Assembly (NCBI GenBank): GCA_026391215.1
Contig: JAPLDX010000106.1
Span: forward strand, 23,441-87,440
Origin: Bacteroidia bacterium
GTDB taxonomy: Bacteria > Bacteroidota > Bacteroidia > Bacteroidales > VadinHA17
Length of the DNA stretch: 64,000 bases
Reading direction: 5' to 3'
The stretch's first letter is position 1, and the number at the start of each line of letters is the position of its first letter. Positions 20,444 through 30,779 of the stretch are shown here, one piece after another. The position numbers and the translations under genes are program-made. Below the pieces are notes generated by a model. That model was not told the origin of the DNA and did no database searches. It saw only the letters and a list, made by a program, of their open reading frames with translations.

Positions 20444-21436
20444 TTAAGTGAGGTTTTTATAAATCGTATGGCGTAAAATAGCTTCCAGTGCAAGAATCAG
20501 GAAAGCTATGATAGCCGGTAACATAAATTTTTCCTCTTTACGTGTGAATTGCCTGACATCAATCTTTGACTTTTCCAGCTTGTCTATTTCCGCATAAACC
20601 TGGACAAGCTTATCATTGTCAGTAGCTCTGAAATAATTGCCGCCTGTTTTTGATGCAATTTCCTTCAATATAGCTTCATCAATCTCTACCTGCATGTTCT
20701 GGTACTGAACTCCAAAAGGTGTCTGGACAGGATAAGGAGCAGTGCCACGGGTGCCTACTCCTATTGTATAAACCCTTATTCTATATGTCTTTGCGATATC
20801 TGCAGCAGTAGATGGAGCAATATCGCCTCTGTTATTGACTCCGTCGGTCAATAGAATTATGACTTTGCTGATAGCCTCTGAATCCTTGATCCTGTTTATT
20901 GCAGTTGCAAGGCCGTTTCCGATTGCTGTTCCATCTTCAATCATCCCGCTCTGTATCTCCCTCATCAGGTTTATCAGAACGGCATGGTCTGTAGTAAGAG
21001 GACACTGTGTAAAGCTTTCCCCACTGAATACAACCAGTCCGAGCCGGTCATAAGGACGGCCTGAAATGAACTCAGTTGCAACATTCTTTGATGCCTCAAG
21101 CCTGTCGGGTTTAAAATCACGGGCAAGCATGCTTCCTGAAATATCAAGGGCAAGCATGATATCTATCCCTTCAGTAATCTCATTCTGAAATTGATCTGTC
21201 TTCTGTGGACGGGCAAGAACGATTATCAACAATGTTATTGCAATAATTCGTAATGCAAATAGAATATGTCTTAGATAGTGCCTGAATGTCTTCCCGACCC
21301 TGTCAAATTGTTCAAGTCCTGGCATGTGCAATGAGGCAGATGTTTTTTGCTGTCTCAGGATATAAAAGGCAATCATTCCCGGAATTAAAACCAGAAGCCA
21401 GAGGAACAGAGGTTCGGCGTATGTTATTCCGTTCAT
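20444..21436 (-). CDS. batA: BatA (vWA)
   Basis: LARPQ, DISGSM MIDAS, DGTAIG, LLTDGVNN, IDKLEK. Confidence 0.92.
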   Translation of the reverse strand: MNGITYAEPLFLWLLVLIPGMIAFYILRQQKTSASLHMPGLEQFDRVGKTFRHYLRHILFALRIIAITLLIIVLARPQKTDQFQNEITEGIDIMLALDISGSMLARDFKPDRLEASKNVATEFISGRPYDRLGLVVFSGESFTQCPLTTDHAVLINLMREIQSGMIEDGTAIGNGLATAINRIKDSEAISKVIILLTDGVNNRGDIAPSTAADIAKTYRIRVYTIGVGTRGTAPYPVQTPFGVQYQNMQVEIDEAILKEIASKTGGNYFRATDNDKLVQVYAEIDKLEKSKIDVRQFTRKEEKFMLPAIIAFLILALEAILRHTIYKNLT

Positions 21437-22389
21437 GATTTCATTTCGTTTTGTTCTTCCGTAACCATTGTGGCTTCAACAAATGCCCAGGAACTCTGAA
21501 AATGAGTATCATTTTCAGCAGGCTCAGGTTTGTATTTTGCAAATTTCACAAGGTCGGAACCATTAAGGATTGTCTTTAGATTCGTATATAAATTGTCCTT
21601 TTTAAATCCGGTCTTCACAAGAGCTTCGAGGGTTTCAGAAGTCGTTAGTTCAAGGGAATAAACTCCATATCTGTTTTCAAGGTACTGGCGCAATATTTCA
21701 GTAAGCCTTGAATAGTAAAGTTTTACCTCTCCCTTTTGCCATACCTGTTCATCCCTTAGTTTTTCGAGATCCCTGAAGGCAATTACATGAGCAGGATCGG
21801 GATTTATGATAGTTTCAGGTTCCTTTTTCTGTCTTTTTAATCTGCGCAGTAGCCTTACAACGACCCATATCGCTGCGGCTGAAAGAGCTGTAATAAGAAC
21901 CCACGGGAGTATCTCTCCAATGGTAACAGGTGCCCTGTAGGGCTTTATTATGTCAAAGATATTTGCTGAAGTATCAGCAGGAGCAATTTTCACCCTCATC
22001 ACTTCAAGAGGAGAATATCCTGAGTAAAATCTTTTTATTCCTGATTCTTTTCTTATTTCAGCAAAGGTCGGGGGTGCCTGATATAATCCTGAATCAAAAG
22101 ATGTTATAAGATACCTGCTGAATATTTTAAGCCGCTCCTTTCCGATTGTGGTACTGTCAAAAACTGGTCCTGAGAGTATCTCAATATTTTTACATAGAGT
22201 GTCTTTCAGCAGAGGAAACTCAAGTACGAGATCTGCAGGCTGATCGACTGTGATCGTATAATTGATCTGATCGCCTACATAGATCCTTGAGCTGTCAAAA
22301 GCAGCAGTTACGTAAACATCCTGTCCCTTCGAAGCTGAAAACGCTCCTGTAAGCAGCCACATAAGTACTAATGACCGTCTCATTTTCAT
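21433..22389 (-). CDS. bat-operon membrane protein (conserved hypothetical)
   Basis: Signal peptide, central TM, LRQYLENRY and DLVKFAKYKP; usual position between DUF58 and batA. Confidence 0.75.
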   Translation of the reverse strand: MKMRRSLVLMWLLTGAFSASKGQDVYVTAAFDSSRIYVGDQINYTITVDQPADLVLEFPLLKDTLCKNIEILSGPVFDSTTIGKERLKIFSRYLITSFDSGLYQAPPTFAEIRKESGIKRFYSGYSPLEVMRVKIAPADTSANIFDIIKPYRAPVTIGEILPWVLITALSAAAIWVVVRLLRRLKRQKKEPETIINPDPAHVIAFRDLEKLRDEQVWQKGEVKLYYSRLTEILRQYLENRYGVYSLELTTSETLEALVKTGFKKDNLYTNLKTILNGSDLVKFAKYKPEPAENDTHFQSSWAFVEATMVTEEQNEMKS

Positions 22390-23249
22390 CTGCTCTCAAA
22401 TAACCTGATCAGCGGCTTAACATAATCTTCACCTGTACTCATAAAAGCCGAGTCAACACCGCATTTTGTAAACACATTCTTAATCTTTACAACATGATCT
22501 TCCCACCATTTTCTGTATGTTTCCCTGGCTTTTCCTGATGATGTATCTATCCATTTTTCAGCCCCTGTTTCAGAATCTGTTATTTTAGTCAATCCTATGT
22601 CAGGTAATGATGTCTCAACCTTGTCATATACTTTTATAGCCGCAATATCATGCTTATTTGAAGCAATACGCAGAGCTTCCTCAAAATCCGGCGCTATAAA
22701 ATCAGAAATAATGAAAGCTGTGCACCTTTTCTTTATTGCATTGGTCAGAAAACGCAAAGGTTCATCAAGATCTGTCCTGTTGCTTTCCGACCGGAAGCCA
22801 AGAAGCTCCCTTATTATTCTGAGAATATGTTTTCGGCCCTTCTGAGGAGGTATGAATTTCTCAACCTTATCGGTAAAGAAGATCACTCCTATTTTATCGT
22901 TGTTGAATATAGCAGAGAATGAGAGTACTGCTGCCACCTCAGTCATCACATCGCGCTTGAAGCTTACAGTAGTGCCGAAATTTCCTGAACCGCTTACGTC
23001 AATCAGAAGCATGACAGTCAGTTCCCGTTCTTCTTCAAATATTTTCACATATGGATGGTTAAATCTCGCAGTAACATTCCAGTCAATGCTTCTTATATCA
23101 TCACCATACTGATATTCTCTCACTTCGCTGAAGGCAATGCCTCTCCCCTTAAAGGCGCTATGGTACTCCCCGGCAAAAATATGCCTGGTCAGTCCCCTGG
23201 CCTTTATTTCAATCCTCCGTACTTTTTTTAATAAGTCTGTCTCTTCCAT
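22386..23249 (-). CDS. DUF58 family protein
   Basis: EVREYQYGDDIRSIDWNVTAR, FEEERELT, DVSGS. Confidence 0.92.
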   Translation of the reverse strand: MEETDLLKKVRRIEIKARGLTRHIFAGEYHSAFKGRGIAFSEVREYQYGDDIRSIDWNVTARFNHPYVKIFEEERELTVMLLIDVSGSGNFGTTVSFKRDVMTEVAAVLSFSAIFNNDKIGVIFFTDKVEKFIPPQKGRKHILRIIRELLGFRSESNRTDLDEPLRFLTNAIKKRCTAFIISDFIAPDFEEALRIASNKHDIAAIKVYDKVETSLPDIGLTKITDSETGAEKWIDTSSGKARETYRKWWEDHVVKIKNVFTKCGVDSAFMSTGEDYVKPLIRLFESR

Positions 23250-23252
23250 ATT

Positions 23253-24248
23253 CTAAGGAACCTCCACAACATTAAGAATCTCTGCAATTATCTTATCCTG
23301 ATTAACATTTTCAGCTTCAGCTTCATAGGTCAGCCCTATCCTGTGACGCATGACATCCGGACAGATTGCCCTGACATCTTCAGGAATAACATAGCCTCTG
23401 CGACGGATGAATGCAAAAGCTTTGGATGCAAGTGAAAGGTATATTGAGGCACGGGGTGATGCTCCATAGGATATCATGTTTTTAAATGCAGGCAAACCAA
23501 ATTTTTCAGGATTCCGGCTGGCAAAAACGATATTCAGTATGTAGTTTTCAATTTTTTCATCCATATATACTTCCCTGACAGTATCCCTGGCTCGTATGAT
23601 GTCAGAAGTTTTAAGAACGGAATTGGTTCTTGGAAAATCTTTTGCCAGGTTTTCCCTTATTATAAGCTTTTCCTCATCCATTGTAGGATAATCAATAACT
23701 ACTTTCATCATGAACCTATCGACCTGGGCTTCAGGAAGAGGGTAAGTTCCCTCCTGCTCTATCGGGTTTTGAGTGGCAAGCACAAGGAATGGCTCATCAA
23801 GCTTGAATGTGGATTCACCGATTGTGATCTGCCTCTCCTGCATGGCTTCAAGCAAGGCGCTCTGTACTTTTGCAGGTGACCGGTTTATTTCATCTGCAAG
23901 AATGAAATTCGCAAAAACTGGTCCTTTCTTGACAATGAATTCTTCCTTCTTCTGACTATAGATCATTGTTCCGATAAGGTCTGCGGGAAGAAGATCAGGA
24001 GTAAACTGTATTCTGCTGAATTTTGCATCAATGATTGCGCCAAGTGATTTTATGGCAAGCGTTTTGGCTAGTCCAGGGACTCCTTCAAGAAGAATATGAC
24101 CATTGGCCAGAAGCCCTATCATCAGGCTGTCTGTAAGGTGTTTCTGCCCTATTATCACTTTATTCATCTCCATACGGATAATATCGACAAAAGCACTCTC
24201 TTTTTCGATTTTTTCATTAAGGATCCTTATGTCAGTTGTCTGCTCCAT
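23253..24248 (-). CDS. moxR: MoxR-family AAA+ ATPase
   Basis: GVPGLAKT, RIQFTPDLLPAD, DEINR, ATQNPIEQEGTYPLPEAQ. Confidence 0.95.
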   Translation of the reverse strand: MEQTTDIRILNEKIEKESAFVDIIRMEMNKVIIGQKHLTDSLMIGLLANGHILLEGVPGLAKTLAIKSLGAIIDAKFSRIQFTPDLLPADLIGTMIYSQKKEEFIVKKGPVFANFILADEINRSPAKVQSALLEAMQERQITIGESTFKLDEPFLVLATQNPIEQEGTYPLPEAQVDRFMMKVVIDYPTMDEEKLIIRENLAKDFPRTNSVLKTSDIIRARDTVREVYMDEKIENYILNIVFASRNPEKFGLPAFKNMISYGASPRASIYLSLASKAFAFIRRRGYVIPEDVRAICPDVMRHRIGLTYEAEAENVNQDKIIAEILNVVEVP

Positions 24249-24325
24249 GGTTTATGTATTTTAATCTATCGAATCATTTTGCTGCAAAAGAAGCTGCCTA
24301 TTTACTAAAGAGGTGTTAAGGAGTG

Positions 24326-25537
24326 TTAAATTTCTGTTAATTGTGCGGATAGCGGGTTCCAACTGAAGCCTGACCTCATGGAACATCTTACCGCGAGCAT
24401 CAGCATAAGCGGTATGAAAGCGGTGTTAAAAGCGCTGGGAAATACTATCTGTATGGCGAATATCAGAAGCGAAAGGAATAATACAATTTTGAACCATGTA
24501 TACCACTCCTTATTCAGGATCAGGCTGACTAGGCACAATATAATAAACGGACTTAGCCATATAATATTCAGGTTCCATTTCATCTGCTGATGATCGGTAA
24601 AGAAATTAAAGAAGATCATCATAAGCGCCAGAAGTGAAAAGAATGAAAAGATAACCAGATCAATAGCTTTGTTGGCAGTTCTTCCTCTTACAGTCGCAGA
24701 TAATACTATAATTATTATCAGGAGCAGTGAAAAGATAAACATGGGTGAAGTAAAAAATCCGGGTTTTGTTTCCGGTGGATCAAATTCAAGAAGATATGAC
24801 GGATTCTGGAGAAGAGGTACCATTTTACCATTCCTGTTAACCACCGTATGGGATAATCCTTCCTTAAGATCAATAGGAAGGAACATTCTGTCTCTTAAAC
24901 TGGCTTTTTTGTCCCCGGGTGTGCCCATCAGGAAGTCTATACCCATCTGAAGCCAGGGGTATGGCTGCTGATATTCATTAACCTTTTCCCTGAATGTCGG
25001 GATATCTTTTGAAATTTCAGGAGGGTATTTAAGCTTTTCTCCGACTGATTTCTCAAGCAGATCCCTTATACGCGTTGAACAATCATCATAGAAAAAGTCG
25101 TACCTGTATTTTCTGTTCTCCGGTTTAAGGTTTTCGGTTATCAGAGCAAAAAGAATCTCAATCTCACCAGGTTCCAGGTTAATTTTTTGCTGGATAACTG
25201 ATCTCTTCTCAAGAAAATAGTCCTGGAGAAACCTGTCAAATGAATAGACTCCAAGCATATATTCGAGACGGCCTTTGGCAAATTTCCAGGCAAAGTTAGG
25301 TGTGGCAAAATCAAATACGCCCCAGTTATAGGCCATATCGAGGTTTTCCGAAGGAATTACGATTCGCAGGGCACTGTGCCCGTAAATTGAATACGTTTCG
25401 GTACCCGGGGAACAGGTGACAAGATAGACTTCTGCTCCAGGGGATTGTTGCGAAAAGAGATTATAATTTACTGATATTAAAAGTATTAACAGAATAAAGC
25501 TTATCTTTTTCATAAAAAGATTCTTTGAATGAATCAT
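24326..25537 (-). CDS. DUF4105 (Lnb-like) membrane protein
   Basis: YGHSALR, YNWGVFDF, YRYDFFYDDCSTR; C-terminal TM helices. Confidence 0.82.
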   Translation of the reverse strand: MIHSKNLFMKKISFILLILLISVNYNLFSQQSPGAEVYLVTCSPGTETYSIYGHSALRIVIPSENLDMAYNWGVFDFATPNFAWKFAKGRLEYMLGVYSFDRFLQDYFLEKRSVIQQKINLEPGEIEILFALITENLKPENRKYRYDFFYDDCSTRIRDLLEKSVGEKLKYPPEISKDIPTFREKVNEYQQPYPWLQMGIDFLMGTPGDKKASLRDRMFLPIDLKEGLSHTVVNRNGKMVPLLQNPSYLLEFDPPETKPGFFTSPMFIFSLLLIIIIVLSATVRGRTANKAIDLVIFSFFSLLALMMIFFNFFTDHQQMKWNLNIIWLSPFIILCLVSLILNKEWYTWFKIVLFLSLLIFAIQIVFPSAFNTAFIPLMLMLAVRCSMRSGFSWNPLSAQLTEI

Positions 25538-25644
25538 AATAATATACGAATGTGCGAATAAGTATGCTATTTGCAGTTAAAACTGTGTATTTTTTTTCAA
25601 AGTGAGGATTAGTTATATTTTTGAGCTGGTTTTAATTTTACGAC

Positions 25645-26460
25645 ATGATTTTTGAAGGTTGGACAGATAGAAGTCCGGTTTTCCTGGCTTTGATAGCAAC
25701 ACTGTTTACGTATGGCTTTACTGCTCTGGGAGCAGGAATGGTGTTCTTTTTCAAGAATATCAATAAAAAGATCCTCAATTCAATGCTGGGATTTGCTGCC
25801 GGAGTGATGATTGCAGCCAGTTTCTGGTCACTTTTAAAACCTGCAATAGAAATGTCTGAAGCAGCAGGGAATAATTCATGGATGCCAGCTGTGATCGGCT
25901 TCCTCGCAGGCGGATTATTCTTATACTTGATGGACAAGCTTTTACCTCACCTGCATCATAATTTATCTATTGATAAAGCCGAAGGGATAAAAACATCGTG
26001 GCAGAGGAGTGTGCTGCTCGTCCTTGCAATTACATTGCATAATATACCGGAAGGCCTGGCGGTAGGAGTTGCTTTTGGGGCACTGGCGAGCAATTCAGGC
26101 GAAGGGATGATAGCTGGTGCCTTAGTGCTTGCTCTGGGAATCGGCATTCAGAATTTTCCGGAAGGCGCTGCCGTTTCTATTCCTTTGCGGCGTGAAGGGT
26201 TCTCAAGAATGAAATCATTCTGGTACGGCCAGCTGTCAGGCATTGTTGAGCCGATAGCCGGAGTGGCCGGAGCTCTTGCTGTAGTGGCAATAAAACCAAT
26301 CCTTCCTTATGCATTATCGTTTGCTGCAGGTGCCATGATATTTGTCGTTGTGGAAGAGCTGATCCCTGAATCTCAGACCGGAAATGAAACCGACCTTTCA
26401 ACGATCGGAGCTATACTTGGGTTTGCAGTAATGATGCTGCTGGATGTTGCTTTAGGGTAA
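25645..26460 (+). CDS. ZIP-family metal transporter (ZupT/GufA-like)
   Basis: TLHNIPEGLAVG, IQNFPEG, GFAAGVM, ELIPES. Confidence 0.93.
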   Translation: MIFEGWTDRSPVFLALIATLFTYGFTALGAGMVFFFKNINKKILNSMLGFAAGVMIAASFWSLLKPAIEMSEAAGNNSWMPAVIGFLAGGLFLYLMDKLLPHLHHNLSIDKAEGIKTSWQRSVLLVLAITLHNIPEGLAVGVAFGALASNSGEGMIAGALVLALGIGIQNFPEGAAVSIPLRREGFSRMKSFWYGQLSGIVEPIAGVAGALAVVAIKPILPYALSFAAGAMIFVVVEELIPESQTGNETDLSTIGAILGFAVMMLLDVALG

Positions 26461-26480
26461 TAATTATAATAACTTAAAAT

Positions 26481-27275
26481 ATGAAAACGAGAATCAGCTT
26501 TATCATAATATCATTATCCCTGTTTATTATGAGTTGTAAGGAAAAAGAACAACTCCCGATCACTGACCTGCATATTCATTTAAAAGGAGATTTCAGCATT
26601 GACGATGCTGTCAAAAAATCCCAGGCAGAAAATATCAAATATGGTATCGCATTCAACTGTGGATTGAAATTCCCTGTTCACCAGGACAGCCAGATTGATT
26701 CCGTGATTCTGACAATGAAAGATTATCCCCAATTTCTTTTAGGCATGCAGGCTGAAGGAAGAGAATGGGTAAATATGTTTTCAAAGGAATCCATGCAGAA
26801 GTTTGATTATGTATTTACTGATGCAATGACTTTTACAGACGAAAAAGGCAGAAGGAACAGAATATGGATGAAGAACGAGACATGGATTGATAATGAGGAG
26901 GAATTCATGAATTATCTTGTAAGGACTATTGTGAAGATCATGAATGAAGAGCCTATTAACATTTATGTAAATCCCACATTTCTTCCTGAACAGATGGCCG
27001 GCAGATATGACATCTTCTGGACAAATGAGAGGATGTATAAAGTTATACAGGCTGCGAAAATGAATAATATTGCAATAGAGATCAACAACAGGTACAGGAT
27101 CCCTTCATCTGAGTTCATTAAGAGGGCAAGAAATGCCGGTGTTAAATTCACTGTTGGTACAAATAACCTGGACAGCAATTTTTCAGGAGCAGAATATGCC
27201 CGTGAAATGATTAAAGAATGCAGCCTGACAGAAGAGGATTTTTACAAACCTTTTAATAAAAGGCAGAATGGATAA
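26481..27275 (+). CDS. PHP/amidohydrolase-like lipoprotein
   Basis: Lipobox FIMSC; DLHIHLKG, QAEGREW, AIEINNRY. Confidence 0.6.
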   Translation: MKTRISFIIISLSLFIMSCKEKEQLPITDLHIHLKGDFSIDDAVKKSQAENIKYGIAFNCGLKFPVHQDSQIDSVILTMKDYPQFLLGMQAEGREWVNMFSKESMQKFDYVFTDAMTFTDEKGRRNRIWMKNETWIDNEEEFMNYLVRTIVKIMNEEPINIYVNPTFLPEQMAGRYDIFWTNERMYKVIQAAKMNNIAIEINNRYRIPSSEFIKRARNAGVKFTVGTNNLDSNFSGAEYAREMIKECSLTEEDFYKPFNKRQNG

Positions 27276-27915
27276 TTTTGATCTGTTCAGGACATTAAAG
27301 TTCCTTCCGGGTATAATTCTTGGGCTCACCATTCATGAGTTCAGCCATGCTTTCATTGCAAACAGGTGCGGTGATTCAACATCAAAGGACCAGGGCAGGG
27401 TAACACTTAATCCTTTTAAACACATTGATCCACTTGGATTTATAATGCTCCTGGTGGCTGGTTTCGGCTGGGCAAAACCGGTTGAATTTGATGAAAAGAA
27501 CCTGAGAAATCCAAAAACTGATGTACTTAAAATAGCGATAGCAGGTCCGGCTTCAAATGCATTGCTGGCAATGCTGCTTTCAGTAATCTTTGTTATTTTC
27601 AAAAACCTTGAAACGACTGATTTTTACTATGGAAAGTTCCTGATCACCGAACTGTTCGTATATGCGATATATATAAACTGGGGACTTTTCATCTTCAATC
27701 TTATACCTATTCCCCCGCTTGATGGCTCTCATCTCCTGTTAAGTTATTTAAAGAAATTCCCTTCTTTATATAATGCTCTTTATAAATATGGAACACTGGT
27801 ATTATTTGGACTCATTATTATATCAGCAATCTCGAAAGTAAACCTTCTGCCGATATGGCCGGCGATCGAGTTTCTAGGAGAAGGATTTCTTTCAGTTTTA
27901 GGATATAATTTGTAA
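27268..27915 (+). CDS. Site-2 protease (M50) family
   Basis: HEFSH, AGPASN, NLIPIPPLDG. Confidence 0.93.
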   Translation: MDNFDLFRTLKFLPGIILGLTIHEFSHAFIANRCGDSTSKDQGRVTLNPFKHIDPLGFIMLLVAGFGWAKPVEFDEKNLRNPKTDVLKIAIAGPASNALLAMLLSVIFVIFKNLETTDFYYGKFLITELFVYAIYINWGLFIFNLIPIPPLDGSHLLLSYLKKFPSLYNALYKYGTLVLFGLIIISAISKVNLLPIWPAIEFLGEGFLSVLGYNL

Positions 27916-27954
27916 TTCAGGTAATTCTTATACTTAGAGCTCCTGCACTGAAAT

Positions 27955-28683
27955 ATGCAGGATTTTTTATATATTAGAGGAAATAAGCTTGTTGTGAAGA
28001 ACCTTCTGCTTATACAAATATTAATTATGGCAGGCTGCTTTGTTCCACAGACCGATAAGTATGAATCACAAAGGCAAAAAATGGTTGAAACCCAAATCCG
28101 GAAAAGAGGTATTACAAATCCGGAGGTTCTCGATGCAATGAGAAAAGTGCCGAGGCATCTTTTCGTCCCGAAGGATTATGAAAATGACGCCTATAATGAT
28201 TATCCTCTCCCGATAGGGTATGGACAAACTATTTCACAACCATTTATTGTAGCATATATGACAGAGGCTGTAAAACCGGCCAACAGAAAAAATGCTCTTG
28301 AGATAGGAACAGGATCAGGCTATCAGGCTGCCATTCTGGCCGAGATAGTCGACAAAGTATATACAATTGAAATAGTGCCTGAACTGGCAAAAGAATCTGC
28401 TGAACGTTTAAAAAATATGGGTTATGACAATATTGTCTGCAAATTTGGTGATGGTTACCAGGGTTGGTCTGAACATGCGCCATTCGATATTATTGTCGTA
28501 ACTGCAGCACCTGATCAGATTCCCCAGCCTTTAATAGATCAGCTTGCAGAAAACGGAAGGCTCATCATACCGGTCGGCTCACCCGGCGGAGTCCAGGAGC
28601 TGATTCTGGTAATTAAAAGGAACGGCAAAACTGAAACCAGACGCCTGACTTTTGTAAGATTTGTGCCGTTTAAGAGACTTTAA
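27955..28683 (+). CDS. pcm: Protein-L-isoaspartate O-methyltransferase (start uncertain)
   Basis: GQTISQP, LEIGTGSGYQAA, VRFVP. Confidence 0.95.
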   Translation: MQDFLYIRGNKLVVKNLLLIQILIMAGCFVPQTDKYESQRQKMVETQIRKRGITNPEVLDAMRKVPRHLFVPKDYENDAYNDYPLPIGYGQTISQPFIVAYMTEAVKPANRKNALEIGTGSGYQAAILAEIVDKVYTIEIVPELAKESAERLKNMGYDNIVCKFGDGYQGWSEHAPFDIIVVTAAPDQIPQPLIDQLAENGRLIIPVGSPGGVQELILVIKRNGKTETRRLTFVRFVPFKRL

Positions 28684-28730
28684 ATTATTACTTTTTACTT
28701 TTAACCTGAAAGCCGCTTTTCGCGCCTTTT

Positions 28731-28804
28731 GTGATTCCGGGGCGATTGTTCGCTCGGTTCGAACGCCCGACTCATCCCGCGTACTCGGGATTGCTCTATC
28801 CAAC
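28731..28804 (-). pseudogene. Degenerate partial copy of tRNA-Arg (tRNA-like remnant)
   Basis: Shares gtgattccgg, cgaacgc and tgctctatccaac with the tRNA 113 bp away. Anticodon arm replaced by atcccg-cgtact-cgggat, insertion in the T-loop, 5' acceptor strand absent. Confidence 0.65.
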
Positions 28805-28812
28805 ATAATAAT

Positions 28813-28838
28813 AAAAAAAGACACTCTTATTGAGTGTC
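28813..28838 (-). terminator. Intrinsic terminator downstream of tRNA-Arg
   Basis: gacactc/gagtgtc stem with an A7 run on + (U-tail on the - strand). Confidence 0.7.
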
Positions 28839-28843
28839 CCAGG

Positions 28844-28917
<74 letters not shown>

Positions 28918-28971
28918 AAATACCGGCGCAAAAATACATTTTTTTTCAATTCGCGCAATTCTGATCTCGGG

Positions 28972-30747
28972 TCAGATTGATTTCATATAATTGACAAGTC
29001 CCTTTTTATCAATTATTTGCTTTAACTTATCAGGAAGAGGTTCAAAACTGAATTTATGTTCTCCAATTATTATTTCGCCCTTCTCAAAGCTCAGATCAAC
29101 ATTATCACCCTGATTGTAAGATTCAACAGCCTCTTTATGCACTATTAGCGCCAGACCCTGGTTTATTGATGAACGATAGAAGATCCTGTTCACGGATTTT
29201 ACTATCACAGCCTTTATACCTGCATGTGCTAAACCCACTGACGGGTGCTCTCTTGAGCTTCCGCAACCAAAGTTGTCTCCGGCAATGAGAATATCACCTT
29301 TTGTTACACTCCGGCTGAATGAAGGGTCAAAATCTGCGAAAAGGAGTGGCAGGATTGCATCAGGATCTGTGCTTAAAACATTATAAGTATGTTTCCCGGC
29401 AAACATCTGATCGGTGTTAAGATTATCAACATCCGAGTAATTCCAGACATTTCCAGATTTTCTTGTTTCTCCTGCCCTGATCTCAGAAGTCTTGCTCTGT
29501 GCCTGACTGTATGGAAACTTTTCATTTCCGGCTTTTTCCCGCGGATCAGTAATAACTCCATTAAGTGCTGACATTGCGACAGTTGCCGGAGAGGCCAGAT
29601 AGATCGATGCTTCTTTATTGCCCATCCTGCCAGGGAAATTGCGATTAGCGGTAGAGATTACCGTATGTCCGTTTGCCGGGATACCCTGTCCTGTTCCCAG
29701 GCATGGGCCGCATGAGGGAGTAAGAACATTTGCTCCGGATTGCAGCAGAGTGGAAATAATTCCCTCTTCAATTGCCTGCAGGAATATTTCCCTCGAAGCA
29801 GGAATAATACTAAGCTGAAAGCCTTCGCGTATTGTTTTGCCTTTAAGGATATGAGCAGCAACGCGCAGATCTTCAATCCGGCCGTTTGTGCAGGTGCCAA
29901 TAAGCCCCTCGTTGACAACTGTACCTGATACTTCATGAACAGACTTGATATTATCCACGTTATGAGGCGCTGCTACTACAGGGAATATCTCATTTAAACT
30001 GAGGCTTATCTCTTTAAAATATTTTGCGCCAGGATCTGCCCACACTCCCTTAATATCTTTCCTGAAGAATTCAGAAAGGACCTGGTCAGCAGGGAAAACT
30101 GCATTCTTGGCTCCCATTTCAGAAGCCAGGTTTGCAATGGTCATTCTATCGGATATATTCAGGCTTTTCACTCCATCGCCATGATATTCAATTGACATGT
30201 AGTTAGCGCCGTCCGATCCTATCATCCCTATTATCCAGAGTGCCAGATCCTTGGCAGATACTCCTTCCTGCAATTGCCCTGTTATGGCAATCTTAATAGA
30301 TTCGGGTACCCTGAACCAGGTCTCCCCTCTTTTCCATATCCCGGCAGATTCTGTACGGTCAATTCCTGCAGCAAAAGCATTGAAAGCGCCGGCAGTTGAT
30401 GTATGGCTGTCGCTTCCAACTATCAGCATGCCCGGCTCAGCGTGATACGACATTATCTGGTGGCATATTCCTTTTCCGGAATCATAGAACTTATTGATAC
30501 CCTGCTGTTTTACGATGTTTCTTATATCCTGGTACTGCGTTGCCAGCTTTGCATCAGCTGGGGGAGCATTATGATCAAGTACAACAAGCATCTGGCCAGG
30601 ATCAGACACTTTCTGTCCGCCCATATTACAGAAAGTCTTAAAAATACTTGAGGTATTATCGTGGGAAAGGATAATATCAGGTTTTGCAAAAACTATTGTT
30701 CCTGCAGAAGCATTGAAAATCTTTTCAGCAAAGGTGAATTGTTTCAT
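28972..30747 (-). CDS. Aconitase-family dehydratase, fused LeuC/HacA + LeuD/HacB-like (paralog 2)
   Basis: DH, GICHQ, GSDSHT, GTCTNGR, CGPCLG, STANRNFPGRMG, then NTDQM and NFGCGSSREH. Confidence 0.88.
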   Translation of the reverse strand: MKQFTFAEKIFNASAGTIVFAKPDIILSHDNTSSIFKTFCNMGGQKVSDPGQMLVVLDHNAPPADAKLATQYQDIRNIVKQQGINKFYDSGKGICHQIMSYHAEPGMLIVGSDSHTSTAGAFNAFAAGIDRTESAGIWKRGETWFRVPESIKIAITGQLQEGVSAKDLALWIIGMIGSDGANYMSIEYHGDGVKSLNISDRMTIANLASEMGAKNAVFPADQVLSEFFRKDIKGVWADPGAKYFKEISLSLNEIFPVVAAPHNVDNIKSVHEVSGTVVNEGLIGTCTNGRIEDLRVAAHILKGKTIREGFQLSIIPASREIFLQAIEEGIISTLLQSGANVLTPSCGPCLGTGQGIPANGHTVISTANRNFPGRMGNKEASIYLASPATVAMSALNGVITDPREKAGNEKFPYSQAQSKTSEIRAGETRKSGNVWNYSDVDNLNTDQMFAGKHTYNVLSTDPDAILPLLFADFDPSFSRSVTKGDILIAGDNFGCGSSREHPSVGLAHAGIKAVIVKSVNRIFYRSSINQGLALIVHKEAVESYNQGDNVDLSFEKGEIIIGEHKFSFEPLPDKLKQIIDKKGLVNYMKSI

Positions 30748-30779
30748 AGAAATCTATAAGCATTTGAATTAACTAAATA

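Noticed and set aside
27268-27915. Site-2 protease as part of the anti-sigma cascade
   Set aside because: About 30 kb from the locus and in an unrelated operon; no evidence of linkage.
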